Positions 52,413 to 63,794 of a stretch of 64,000 nt of DNA are shown here, in pieces (within the stretch, counting starts at the first letter, position 1; each line of letters begins with the position of its first letter). The position numbers were made by a program, and so were the translations under genes. The stretch comes from Chiloscyllium plagiosum. Taxonomy: Eukaryota. Below the pieces are notes generated by a model. That model made no database searches. It saw nothing but the letters and a program-made list of their open reading frames with translations, and had not been told where the DNA came from. The DNA lies in contig NC_057719.1 in the NCBI RefSeq assembly GCF_004010195.1, positions 21,342,418-21,406,417 on the forward strand. Direction: 5' to 3'.

Positions 52413-52533
52413 TAAAATAAAACAAAGAACTGCAGATGCTGGAAATCAGAAACAAGATCAGAAATTGCTGGAAAATCTCAGCAGAGCTGGCAGCATCTGT
52501 GCATTTCTCTGAGTTTTTCCAGCAATTACTGAT
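52413..52533. mobile_element. Inverted pLTR pair (PLE family D)
   Basis: ATCAGAAATTGCTGGAAAATCTCAG pairs with CTGAGTTTTTCCAGCAATTACTGAT. The left arm has a long tail. Confidence 0.75.
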
Positions 52534-52935
52534 ATTTTTTTCCATGTTACCTCTACTAATGATAGTTTCTCAATTTGATATATTATATATTATTAATTAT
52601 TACGAGACTGTTCTTATAAGATCACGGAAGGACCGAAACATTTATAGGTTTGGAATAGGTAGGATTTATTCATATAAATGCTGGTTATTGTTGTCTTCCT
52701 GTGCATACAGACACTGTAAGGAGCAATCAACAACATCACGGAGTCAGTACTTAAGAAGCACCATAAAAATGGGAATAAGATAAATTGAAGAAAAACTACA
52801 GTGGCAATGCAACAGAGCATTACTTCAACAATTCTTTGATCCCCTCATTCAGCCCTGCTGGGATTATGCTGGCTTGAGGAATTAGTTGCAATAATGGATT
52901 CTCAACATGCCACTATCACTATTCCACTATTCCAT

Positions 52936-53031
52936 ATTCCTGATGAAGAGCTCATGCTCGAAACGTCGACTCTCCTGCTCCTCGGATGCTTCCACAAAGG
53001 GTTGTGCTTTTCCAGTACCACACTTTTCGAC
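52936..53031 (+). mobile_element. Solo PLE pLTR with an intact hammerhead
   Basis: attc-CTGATGA-A-GAGC tcat GCTC-GAAAC-GTC-gact at 52936-52971, followed by the pLTR body. Confidence 0.85.
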
Positions 53032-53305
53032 ACAACTATCAAATTGATTCCATTTGGAGGATTACTTTGGTCCACTTGATAATTGCAATAACCAGAAATA
53101 GCTTAATTGGCAAATGGATAGATTCTATCATGCCCATAAAAGATTTGGTTTAACCATCAGTGTCAAGAAGGCAAAAGACAGGCTCAAGGATGTTGCCAGA
53201 TTTCCAGAAATGAGTTTTCATCATCTGACACCACAGCTTGTTGATAGCTTCACATTGACTTCACACTGACTTTGCAATCATTAGTGATCTGTTGTTTGAT
53301 GCTGA

Positions 53306-53842
53306 AGTCATAGAGTCATAGAAACAGACCCTTTGGTCCAACCAGTGCATATCAACCATAATCCCAAACTAGTCCCACCTGCCTGAACGTGAACCATATC
53401 CTCCAAACATTTCTTACTCATGTACTTATCCAAATGTCTTTTAAACATTGTAACTGTACCCACATCCATTACTTCCTTTAGAAGCTCACTCAACCTCTGT
53501 GTAAAAAAACTGCCCCTCATGTCTCTTTTAACGTTTTCTCCTCTCACCTTAAACATATGCCCCCTAATCTTGAAATCCCCCACCCTGGGGAAAAACACCT
53601 GCCATTCACCTTATCTATACCTCTCATGTTTTTAAAAATCTCTGAACAGTCATCCCTCAACCTCCTACGCTCCAGTGTAAAAAAAGTCCCAGCCTATTCA
53701 GCCTCTCCATATGATTCAAACGCTCCATTCCTGGCAATATCCTGGTAAATCTCTTCTGAACCTTCTCCAGCGTAATAATATCCATCCTAAAACAGGGAAA
53801 CCAGAACTGAACACAATACTCCACAAGACTCCACATTAACCA
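53306..53842 (-). mobile_element. CR1/HER1-like LINE 3' fragment
   Basis: EYCVQFW...LEKVQKRFTRILPG; tail. Confidence 0.88.
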
Positions 53843-54429
53843 AGTCAACTTGCACAATTAAAAAGCTGCAGCTGTTATGTCCAAGTTGAGATTGTCGAGC
53901 AACCCAATGGTGACAATTGAGCTGTAAGTCTGCCAAGCCTTGATCCTCTGTTGTGCTGAGACTGAACATGATGTACTAGGCAGGAGAAAAGACTGAACAG
54001 TCTTCACCTTTGACTGTCAGACATACCCTAGACATCTTTTGGCGGGACAATGTCAATTCAGAGGGATTTGCATGTTCTAATCTCAGTGGCATACATTTAT
54101 TGCTAAGTCAATGACGTGTGCACCAACTGAGCTGTTTTCTGTGCATGGATGACAGCCCTGTACCCAAAGGCCTTCTGTCCAGTGAACTGACGACTGTGTA
54201 ACTACCTATAGGCCGACTGACTTCCTTCACAGCAAACATGAAGGCGCTGCTATGCCCGAGTTGTGTTCCTGAGTAATACCAGTGGATGTTTAACACAGAG
54301 TGAACCAACAGGGTGAAAGCCATCATCTTCTGACGTGGAAGGCTGCCAATGTCACCCTAATTTGTGACCTGAATATTAACTATTTAAAAAAGGACCCAAA
54401 ATATGGTTGTTTATAATGATTATAAAACA

Positions 54430-55572
54430 ATAAGACCATAAGACATAGGAGAGAAAGTAAGGCCATTCAGCCCATCGGGTCCATCCGCTATTCAGTCAAG
54501 GCTAATGGCCATTTCAACACCATTTACCCACACTCTCCCTGCAGCCCTTAATTCCTTGCGAGATCAAGAATTTATCAATCTGCCTTGAAGACATTAAATG
54601 TCCTGACCTCCACTGCACTCCGTGGCAATGAATTCCACAGGCCCACCACTCTCTGGCCAAAGAAATGTTTCCTCATTTCCATTCTAAATTGACCCCCTCT
54701 AATTTTAAGCCTGTGCCCATGGGTCCTAGTATTCCCACCTAACGGAAACAAATTCCCAGTGTCCTACCTTTCGAAGCCATGCATTATCTTGTAAGTTTCT
54801 ATTAGATCTCCCCTCAACATTCTAACCTCTATTGAATACAATCCCAGGATCCTCAGCCGTTCATCGTATGTTAGGTCTACCATAGATCATCTTCCAGAGA
54901 TCATCTGTGTGAATCTCCGCTGGACACGCTCCAATGCCAGTACGTCCTTTCTGAGGTATGGGCCCAGTATTGGATACAGTATTCTAAATGGGGCCTAACC
55001 AGAGCTTTATAAAGTCTCAGTAGCACATCGCTGCTATTATATTCCAACACTTTTGAGATAAATGGCAACATTACATTTGTTTTCCTAATCACAGACTCAA
55101 CCTGCAAGTTAACCTTTACAGAATCCTGGACTAGCACTCCCAAATCCCTTTGTACTTTGGCTTTATGAATTTTTTCACCGTTTAGAAAATAGTCCATGCC
55201 TGTATTCTTATTTCCAAAGTGCAAGACCTCACATTTGCTCACATTGAATTTCATCAGCCATTTTTTGGATCACTGGCCAAAACTGTCTAAATCTTTCTGC
55301 TGCCTCCCCACCTCCTCAGAACTATCTGCCTGTCCAGCTAACTTTGTATCATCTGCAAACTTCGCCAGAATGCCCCCAGTCCCCTCATCCAGATCATTAA
55401 TATATAAAGTGAAAAGCTGCGGCCCCAACATTGAATCCTGCGGGACACCACTTGTCACTAGCTGCCATTCCGAAAAAGAACCTTTTATCCAACTGTCTGC
55501 CTTATGTCAGACAGCCAATCCTCAATCCATGCCAGTAGCTCAGCTTGAACACCATGGGCCCTCATCTTACTT
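54430..55572 (-). mobile_element. CR1 LINE 3' fragment (second family)
   Basis: SGVPQDSMLGPQLFTLYINDL, KFADDTK, MKFNVSKCEVLHFG and RPHLEYCIQYW. Confidence 0.9.
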
Positions 55573-55795
55573 AGCATTATTAGCATGTTATTTTAAAAGC
55601 TGAATAGCTGTTCGTTTGGGATAACTTCTTTGCAACATGGAGAGATCAGATTTGCAATCTAACTACCGTTATTTCTTTGATGAACATTTTTATGCTTTCT
55701 TAATCTTCTCAGGGAATACGGATTTAACAGTGGTTCCAATAAGACTTTAAAATTTGCATTGCAGAATGCCTGCAAATGTGTGTATTTAATTCAAG

Positions 55796-55925
55796 TTGAT
55801 TGATTGACTGATTGATTTATTGTTGTCACACGTACCGAGATACAGTGAAAAGTGTTGTTTTGTGTGCAACACAGGCAGATTGTACCATACAAAGTGCATC
55901 AGGTTGCACAACAGAGTGCAGAGCA
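55796..55925 (-). mobile_element. Rex1/Babar 3' tail fragment
   Basis: Matches 16655-16745 (GATTTATTGTTGTCACA...TACAGTGAAAAG). Confidence 0.7.
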
Positions 55926-57585
55926 CTGTGTTGCAGCTGTGTTACTGTGTCAAATTTAACATTCAAGTGTTCCATTTGCAATGGGATACATCAGGTTGGC
56001 ACTATAGGGCTGTACTTCAGTGCCTCTGGTGCAGATAAACAATCATCAGAAGATGAGATAAGAAACTGTGGTACACAGTGCCCGAGTTCTTTCTGTCTTT
56101 CTATAGGGATTAGTGGAAAATCAGGCATTACATGCCCATTGTTTTTCAGCAAATGCCTCACAGGAATACCATTCTGTGCCAAGAATTCCCAAAACCTCAT
56201 CCCATGTGATTCGTATTACAATACCACAGTAGAATCAAAAAATAATATGCATACTCATAGCATCCTCCTTATGCAAAGGCAGTAAAAAGTACTGAACCAG
56301 CAAATGAAAAAGGTCAAGAAACAGACAAAGCTATTCTCCCAGAAAAGCAAAGTATATCTAATGCAGAGATCCAAAGGAAAAGCAGTCAGTGCTAGAGACA
56401 CTCAGTAAATTTGAGCAGAATCTGTGGCAGGAGATTAGAGGTTTGAATTTTGACAAAGTGTCATTTTTGTCAAGTATCATGGAGGATTTCTCTCCTTAAG
56501 CCATAACCTCTTTTCTTGTACTGTTGGCCCAAAATCACGTCATTAATTGTGTATCACGCCACACATGTCTTACGTTCATTCCAATTATAGGTGCCAAGGT
56601 ACAGCATTAAAGTGGAGAGGTACTGTAAGTGGATTCGAGACATGCCATGATGGTGTGAAGAGGCTGGAGTGTGTCAAATGCCCACATCCACTGATATGAG
56701 GTGTACCTGCCCGCTGCCCCTGGAGTGCCTCCTTAGACAATATTGCAGATCATCCAAGTTAGAGACCTGGTGGAGCAGACAGCGAGCTGGAGTGGCTTAC
56801 TGCTGACTTCCATGTGGGAAATTCTCAACATCTAGTTTCCATCTGGCATGTGGCGGAATAAGAGACTGCGTAGTAATGAGGTAGTGATAATGAGGGTGAT
56901 AGTGAGCGATAATCCCTGTTAATGAGCCTTTTGGTACTCTTTGGTGAGAATCTCTTCTCAGTATGCAGAAATTAGCTGCAAAAACCAATTGTGTTTTACT
57001 GCCTGATACCAAAAAAAAAGCCTCACCCAAATTCTCATGTGATTCTCAACAACTCTTGCAATAGTCCGTTTCATTCAGGAACTGGGAAGATTCTGTCCAG
57101 AGTTTAATAACTGATGCCCACCATTGCTTTAATGACTCTACTGACCTGACCTGTCTCTCCACAACTAACACTTACTTTTCATCGATACATTTTCTTTATG
57201 ACTATTAGCATTCCGTTTACTTTTTACTCTCGGGCACTGTTCCTATCTGTTTCACTTTCTCCTCCATTGATATTTTACAACAGTTTAAAAACCATCATCT
57301 TTCCAGCCCATTCAGTCTCACTCCATCTCCATTTCTGAATCCAGCTCCTATCAGGACTCATGCTTGACCACTGTCACTATTGCATGAACACTACAAACCC
57401 TGCATGGCACCTGCACTGCTTACTCACTTGCCTGGGATGCCCATCATCTATTGACCACCAGCACAAGCACTAAGAGCTGTGCCACCCACTTGAGCTACCT
57501 CAATCCGAACCTTTTTCATATCCCAGGAGAAGACAACCCACAGATGGGGGTCAAATGGGCCCAGATGGGTGGAAAGATGGTAACA

Positions 57586-58145
57586 GATAAGAGTTGGAAA
57601 GTCATGTTGAGGTTGAACAGCACATTGGTGAGGTCTCTTCTAGAGTACTGTATTCAGTTCTGGTCACCCAGTTATAGGAAGGTAGTTACTAAATTGCAGA
57701 AGAGATTTACCTGGATGCTGTTTACCAGATATGAAGGTTTGAATTATAAAGAAAGGCTGGGACATTTTCTACTGGGGCTTAGGAGTTGAGAGGTGACCTT
57801 ATAGAAGTTTATAAAATCATGTGGGGTATAGATAGAGTTAATGGTATGTGTCTATTCCCGAGATGGAGAATTTCAATAGTAGGGGGCATTTTTTTTTTAA
57901 AGTGAGAGGAGAGAGATTTAAAAAATGCATGAGAGGCAAATGTTTTGCACAAAAGGTGGTTTGTGTGTGCAATGAACTTCCTGAGTACAACAATCTAAAA
58001 GACATTTGGATAAGTACATGAATGAGAAAGGTTTGGAGGGATATGGGCCAGGAGCAGGCAGGCGGGATGAGTTTCATTTGGGATTATGTTCGGCATGGAC
58101 TGGTTAAACCGAAGGGTCTTGGTCCATGTTTTATGATTCTATGAC
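57586..58145 (+). mobile_element. CR1/HER1-like LINE 3' fragment
   Basis: VMLRLNSTLVRSLLEYCIQFWSPSYRK; tail. Confidence 0.88.
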
Positions 58146-58371
58146 TTGAATAACTATTGAGAAGACTACCTTGGCCCTCGCAGGAGAAAACTGGGACTAT
58201 TCCTATGGAGATGGCAAGAGATTCATGTCTCACTGAGTAAGTACCACTCTTCATTCCATTACAACTCTTACATCAACCCCACTGTCAGTGTCATTTGTGA
58301 CACATTGTTCTTCTTTTGCCTTCATGTTCCACCAGCATATCCATCACCACAGCCGGTGAAATAGCCAACTT

Positions 58372-58680
58372 CCCTAGAAAGAGGGGGGCACAGTCTAAGG
58401 ATACCAGATAGACCAATTAACAGTGAGATGAGGAGAATTTTTTTTATACAGAGAATGATAAGCCTTTGGAATTCTCCATCACAGAAGGGGATGGAAGCCA
58501 AATCATTGAATGTTTTCAAGAAGGAATTAGACACATTTCTGAGGTATAAAGGGATTAAAAGGCATGGGGAGAAAGCAAGAGCAAAACACTGAATTGGATA
58601 ATGAACCATGATCAGACTGGATGGAGGAACAGGGTCGAAGAGCTGAATAGCTCACTCCTGCTCCTATTTTCTTTGTTTCT
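58372..58680 (+). mobile_element. Decayed CR1 3' fragment
   Basis: Similar to 60135-60445. Confidence 0.7.
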
Positions 58681-58775
58681 CAACCATTGTCTTGATCTCC
58701 GAAGACAGGGGTCTGGAAGCCCTGCAGTATACATCAGCAATGCTTCCTCAAGTAGCTCAACCACTGATACCTTGG

Positions 58776-59405
58776 CAAAAATGACTGCAGATGCTGGAAA
58801 CCAGATTCTGGATTAGTGGTGCTGGAAGAGCACAGCAGCTCAGGCAGCGTCCGAAGAGCAGTAAAATCAACGTTTCGGGCAAAAGCCCTTAATCAGGAAG
58901 AAAGGCAGTAAGCCTGAAGCATGGAGAGATAAGCTAGAGGAGGTGGGGGAAGGGGAAATGAGGAAACTGTTGGAATCCACATTGATGCCCTGGGGTTGAA
59001 GTGTTCCAAGGCGGAAGATGAGGCATTCTTCCTCCAGGCGTCTGGTGGTGAGGGAGCGGCGGTGAAGGAGGCCCAGGACCTCCATGTCCTCGGCATAGTG
59101 GGAAGGAGAGTTGAAATGTTGGGCCACAGGGCGGTGTGGTTGATTGGTTGTCCCGGAGATGTTCCCTAAAGCGCTCTGCTAGGAGGTGTCCAGTCTCCCC
59201 AATGTAGAGGAGACCGCATCAGGAGCAACGGATACAATAAATGATATTGGTGGATGTACAGGTAAAACTTTGATGGATGTGGAAGGCTCCTTTAAGGCCT
59301 TGAATGGAGGTGAGGGAGGAGGTGTGGGCGCAGGTTTTGCAATTCCTGCGGTGGCAGGGGAAGGTGCCAGGATGGGAGGGTGGATTGAAGGGGGGCGTGG
59401 ACCTG
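58776..59405 (-). mobile_element. 5'-truncated Neptune-type PLE (family A''): Cys linker, GIY-YIG and pLTR
   Basis: GTFPCHRRNCKTCAHT...FTCTSTNIIYCIRCS*CGLLYIGETGHLLAERFREHL...AQHFNSPSH. 13-bp TSD ACTGATACCTTGG (58763-58775, 59406-59418). Confidence 0.93.
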
Positions 59406-59927
59406 ACTGATACCTTGGTCTGGCTTAGAAGGTTAGGGAGAACACATTGGTGAGCAGCTCACTGCAACAGGTCTACAGCTGACCATGGAAGAAATCGCCC
59501 AGGCCACTGACACTTGGAGGACTGCTAGTGACTGGGGCATCTTCTCAACTTCGGGCAAGAGAAGACCCAGTCTGCCAGTCTTGTCAGTCAGGAACGTTGT
59601 CCACATGCACTGGGAGGAACAGGAGCATCAGACAGTGAAGTGGGCTCACTAGGCTCTGGAAAGAACATCCTCAGCATGTCTGGGCTGTCCAGGTACAAAT
59701 GTCCCCCGGGTCACCCAAACAAATCTCCAGTGTTAACAGGTTCCAACCTCGAGCATCACTGATATAGAAGCAGGGTCTATACTAACATGAAATGGGAGGG
59801 AAATTAAACTTTATTGAAGGCAGTTTGGTGGCATGGGTAGCAACATATTAGAGATTATTTGTTATGTTTCTGGAATTTTCACTGATTTTACCTTACATCT
59901 ACTGGGTTGAGTCTCTTTGTAGAAGCA

Positions 59928-60445
59928 TATAGAAGGCACCAAAGAGTGTGCAGAGGAGGTTCACCAGGTTGATTCTGGAGTTGAGAGGATTAGCTTATGA
60001 GGAGAGATTGAGTAAACTGGGACTATATTCATTGGAATTTAAAAGAATGAGGGGGAATCTTACAGAAACATATAAAATTATGAAGAGAATAGATAAGATA
60101 GAAACAGGGATGTTGTTTCCACTGGTGGGTGAAACTAGAACTAGGGGGCACAGCCTCAAAATAAGGGGACAGCAGATTTAGAACTGAGTTGAGGAGAAGC
60201 TTCTTCAACCAAAGAGTTGTGAATCTGTGGAATTCCCTGCCCTGTGATGCAGTTGAGGCTGCCACCTTTAAAGTTTCTCAGGCAAAGCTAGATAGATCTT
60301 TGAACAGTAAAGGAATTAAGGGTTATGGTGAGTGGGTGGGTAAGCGGAGCTGAGTCCACAAAAAGATCAGCTATGATCTTATTGAATGGTGAAGCAGGCT
60401 TGAGGGGCCAGATGGCTTACCCCGGTCCTATTTCTTATGTTCTTA
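59928..60445 (+). mobile_element. CR1 LINE 3' fragment
   Basis: VQRRFTRLILELRGLAYEERL...; 10-bp TSD TGTAGAAGCA (59918-59927, 60446-60455). Confidence 0.9.
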
Positions 60446-60554
60446 TGTAGAAGCAAGATGAACAAGGTGTGTAGACAGCAACAGTTCCTACTGAGGACAT
60501 TACCCCTCATCCCAAAACATCTCTGATTTATCCTTGGCCTCTGAGAGTGAGTTG

Positions 60555-62063
60555 AAAATGTGTTGCTGGAGAAGCGCAGCAGGTCAGGCAGCATCCAAGG
60601 AACAGGAGAATCGATGTTTCGGGCATAAGCCCTTCTTCAGGAATGAGGAAAGTGTGTCCAGCAGGCTAAGATAAAAGGTAGGGAGGAGGGACTTGGGGGA
60701 GGGGCGTTGGAAATGCAATAGGTGAGGGAGGTCAAGGTGAGGGTGATAGGCCAGAGTGGGGTGGGGGCGGAGAGGTCAGGAAGAAGATTGCAGGTTAGGA
60801 AGGCAGTGCTNNNNNNNNNNNNNNNNNNNNNNNNNNNNNNNNNNNNNNNNNNNNNNNNNNNNNNNNNNNNNNNNNNNNNNNNNNNNNNNNNNNNNNNNNN
60901 NNNNNNNNNNNNNNNNNNNNNNNNNNNNNNNNNNNNNNNNNNNNNNNNNNNNNNNNNNNNNNNNNNNNNNNNNNNNNNNNNNNNNNNNNNNNNNNNNNNN
61001 NNNNNNNNNNNNNNNNNNNNNNNNNNNNNNNNNNNNNNNNNNNNNNNNNNNNNNNNNNNNNNNNNNNNNNNNNNNNNNNNNNNNNNNNNNNNNNNNNNNN
61101 NNNNNNNNNNNNNNNNNNNNNNNNNNNNNNNNNNNNNNNNNNNNNNNNNNNNNNNNNNNNNNNNNNNNNNNNNNNNNNNNNNNNNNNNNNNNNNNNNNNN
61201 NNNNNNNNNNNNNNNNNNNNNNNNNNNNNNNNNNNNNNNNNNNNNNNNNNNNNNNNNNNNNNNNNNNNNNNNNNNNNNNNNNNNNNNNNNNNNNNNNNNN
61301 NNNNNNNNNNNNNNNNNNNNNNNNNNNNNNNNNNNNNNNNNNNNNNNNNNNNNNNNNNNNNNNNNNNNNNNNNNNNNNNNNNNNNNNNNNNNNNNNNNNN
61401 NNNNNNNNNNNNNNNNNNNNNNNNNNNNNNNNNNNNNNNNNNNNNNNNNNNNNNNNNNNNNNNNNNNNNNNNNNNNNNNNNNNNNNNNNNNNNNNNNNNN
61501 NNNNNNNNNNNNNNNNNNNNNNNNNNNNNNNNNNNNNNNNNNNNNNNNNNNNNNNNNNNNNNNNNNNNNNNNNNNNNNNNNNNNNNNNNNNNNNNNNNNN
61601 NNNNNNNNNNNNNNNNNNNNNNNNNNNNNNNNNNNNNNNNNNNNNNNNNNNNNNNNNNNNNNNNNNNNNNNNNNNNNNNNNNNNNNNNNNNNNNNNNNNN
61701 NNNNNNNNNNNNNNNNNNNNNNNNNNNNNNNNNNNNNNNNNNNNNNNNNNNNNNNNNNNNNNNNNNNNNNNNNNNNNNNNNNNNNNNCTGCAGATGCTGG
61801 AGATCAGAGCTGAAAATGTGTTGCTGGAAAAGCGCAGCAGGTCAGGCAGCATCCAAGGAACAGGAGAATCGACGTTTCGGGCATAAGCCCTTCTTCAGGA
61901 TACCTTTTATCTTAGCCTGCTGGACACACTTTCCTCATTCCTGAAGAAGGGCTTATGCCTGAAACGTTGATTCTCCTGTTCCTTGGATGCTGCCTGACCT
62001 GCTGCGCTTTTCCAGCAACACATTTTCAGCTCTGATCTCCAGCATCTGCAGTCCTCACTTTCT
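60555..62063 (-). mobile_element. Young composite PLE family A: pLTR - gap - direct pLTR - inverted pLTR
   Basis: pLTRs at 60555-60810 (-), 61788-61900 (-) and 61901-62063 (+). Three hammerhead motifs. 17-bp flanking repeat CCTCTGAGAGTGAGTTG (60538-60554, 62064-62080). Confidence 0.92.
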
Positions 62064-63794
62064 CCTCTGAGAGTGAGTTGGTCACCAATGTGGCTTGGAG
62101 GTACACAGCAAGCAGGGAGCTAGTGCGTTAAGCTGGCCAGGTACAAACTTCTGCTCTTAATTTCTACCTATCCACCGATACAGTCCCTTTGTTTGAGGAT
62201 TGCTGACCAACGTTGCAAACTGCCTGGTTAAATGACCCTGCTAACGGCACAAGTTGGCAAGGCATGCAGGTAAGAGCAAAGTGAGCAAGTTAAAACCAGC
62301 AAATGTGCAAACAGAGATGCAATCTGATTCAGTTTGCAAGCTACGCATTTGTCTGTGCATGCAGTGTCCCAGCAACAGCCTTTCATGCTAATTGCTGGTG
62401 TGCTTTGAAATGCTAGTTTGTGCTATCTAAGTGTAGCAGAGTGATAGTCATGAATGGTTGGCAAATCTTTGATGCCAATATTGGTTAGTGAGTTACTGAC
62501 ACATGTGAACTATGTCCTGAAATTCAGTTGATTTTGAGCAACACGGAGGTTGGTCTCAGCCAGTGGTCTACTGAAGTGGTCAAGTACCCGCTCTGATTTC
62601 CATGTCAAGATTTCTTGACATCTAGCTTTGTTGGCATGTTTGGTAAAATAAGAAGTTGAATGTTCAAGAGGTGAGTTGTGGTGTTAATAAGGTGTTTAAC
62701 AAGCTATAATCCCCCTTCATTGGCAGTTCACCACCATCTAACAGGAAACACGCTGCTCCACTCGCCAAAAACATGGACGATGCAACGAGATGCTCTCAAT
62801 GTTGAGATGAACCTCACTAGACTTCTCGTCAGTTTCTGCCCGACCTTCAACATGGCCCACATTACTCAGACTCCAATAAGCTTCTGCTTGCTAACTCTGT
62901 TTCTCGCTAGATGCTGCCAGACCTCCTACCTCATTCATTCAAAATTACTTGTAAATATGCTTTATTTTGAACCTCTCATTGCATCAGCAGAACATGCAAT
63001 TTCTCATCAGTAATCCTTAGTTTTCTTTTGCAACAGGTCTACCCATTCAGTGCTGAATCGCGGTCAGTATTTTTTTTTTCCCAATTGATTCACAGCTAGC
63101 CAAAATTGAATTGCATCTGTCCAATCTTATCTTACTTAGACATTTTGCGATTCAAAAAGAGACTTCCATCTTATAATCTAGTATGATTTTGAAATACAGG
63201 TCCCAGAGGTGAAAAGAGATTCTTTAAACTGGCAGTAATACTGTAACATTACAGCATTTTTCAATTTTAGTTTTAAAAAAACAATCAGCAAATATCCAGG
63301 ATAAGGTAGAAGCTTCATGATTTCCAGACTAAGATTTTGTGGAATAGCCTTAAGCAGTTTTCACATTTTAATCCTAAAATATATTAGTTTTATAATTCTA
63401 TATTATGTCATGATCAAATTCATCAAAAGGAAATTCAAATCCCCAACCAAATTAAAGAAACCAATGGTTACTCAGATTTTATTTGAACATTTCTTCACAC
63501 ACATCTTGTTTCTCATTTAGGAGATGGTGTTGATGTGGTGGAAGGATTCCCAGTCTGATTATTAGTCAATTGAACTGTACTGCATACCTTCCTTGCATAG
63601 CCAGCAAACCCTAACATGACACATGAGTCTCTGGTCCTGAACAGGGGAATTACCACTGAATCACAAAATGCCCCAAGATAAATTAGTGAATTAGTCAAAT
63701 TATCTATCAACATTGTCTCACTGACGTTGAGCGTAAATTGCTTCCCTGAGATCTTATATTTAATATTCCTACAATAATGAAAGCACTCCATTTT

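Noticed and set aside
55812..56285. 157-aa ORF
   Set aside because: It starts within a Rex1 tail at a non-ATG codon and has no recognisable domain.
59214..59232. In-frame TGA in the Cys-rich GIY-YIG motif (C-S-*-C), suggestive of selenocysteine as reported for some PLE clades
   Set aside because: The paralogous copy at ~16050 has CGA (Arg) at this position, so CpG deamination is the simpler explanation. It is not a Cys position.
1646..62063. CRISPR-like interpretation of the recurring ~35-nt hairpin motif
   Set aside because: Copies are dispersed on both strands within longer pLTRs with TSDs. There is no repeat-spacer periodicity and no cas genes, and the context is vertebrate.
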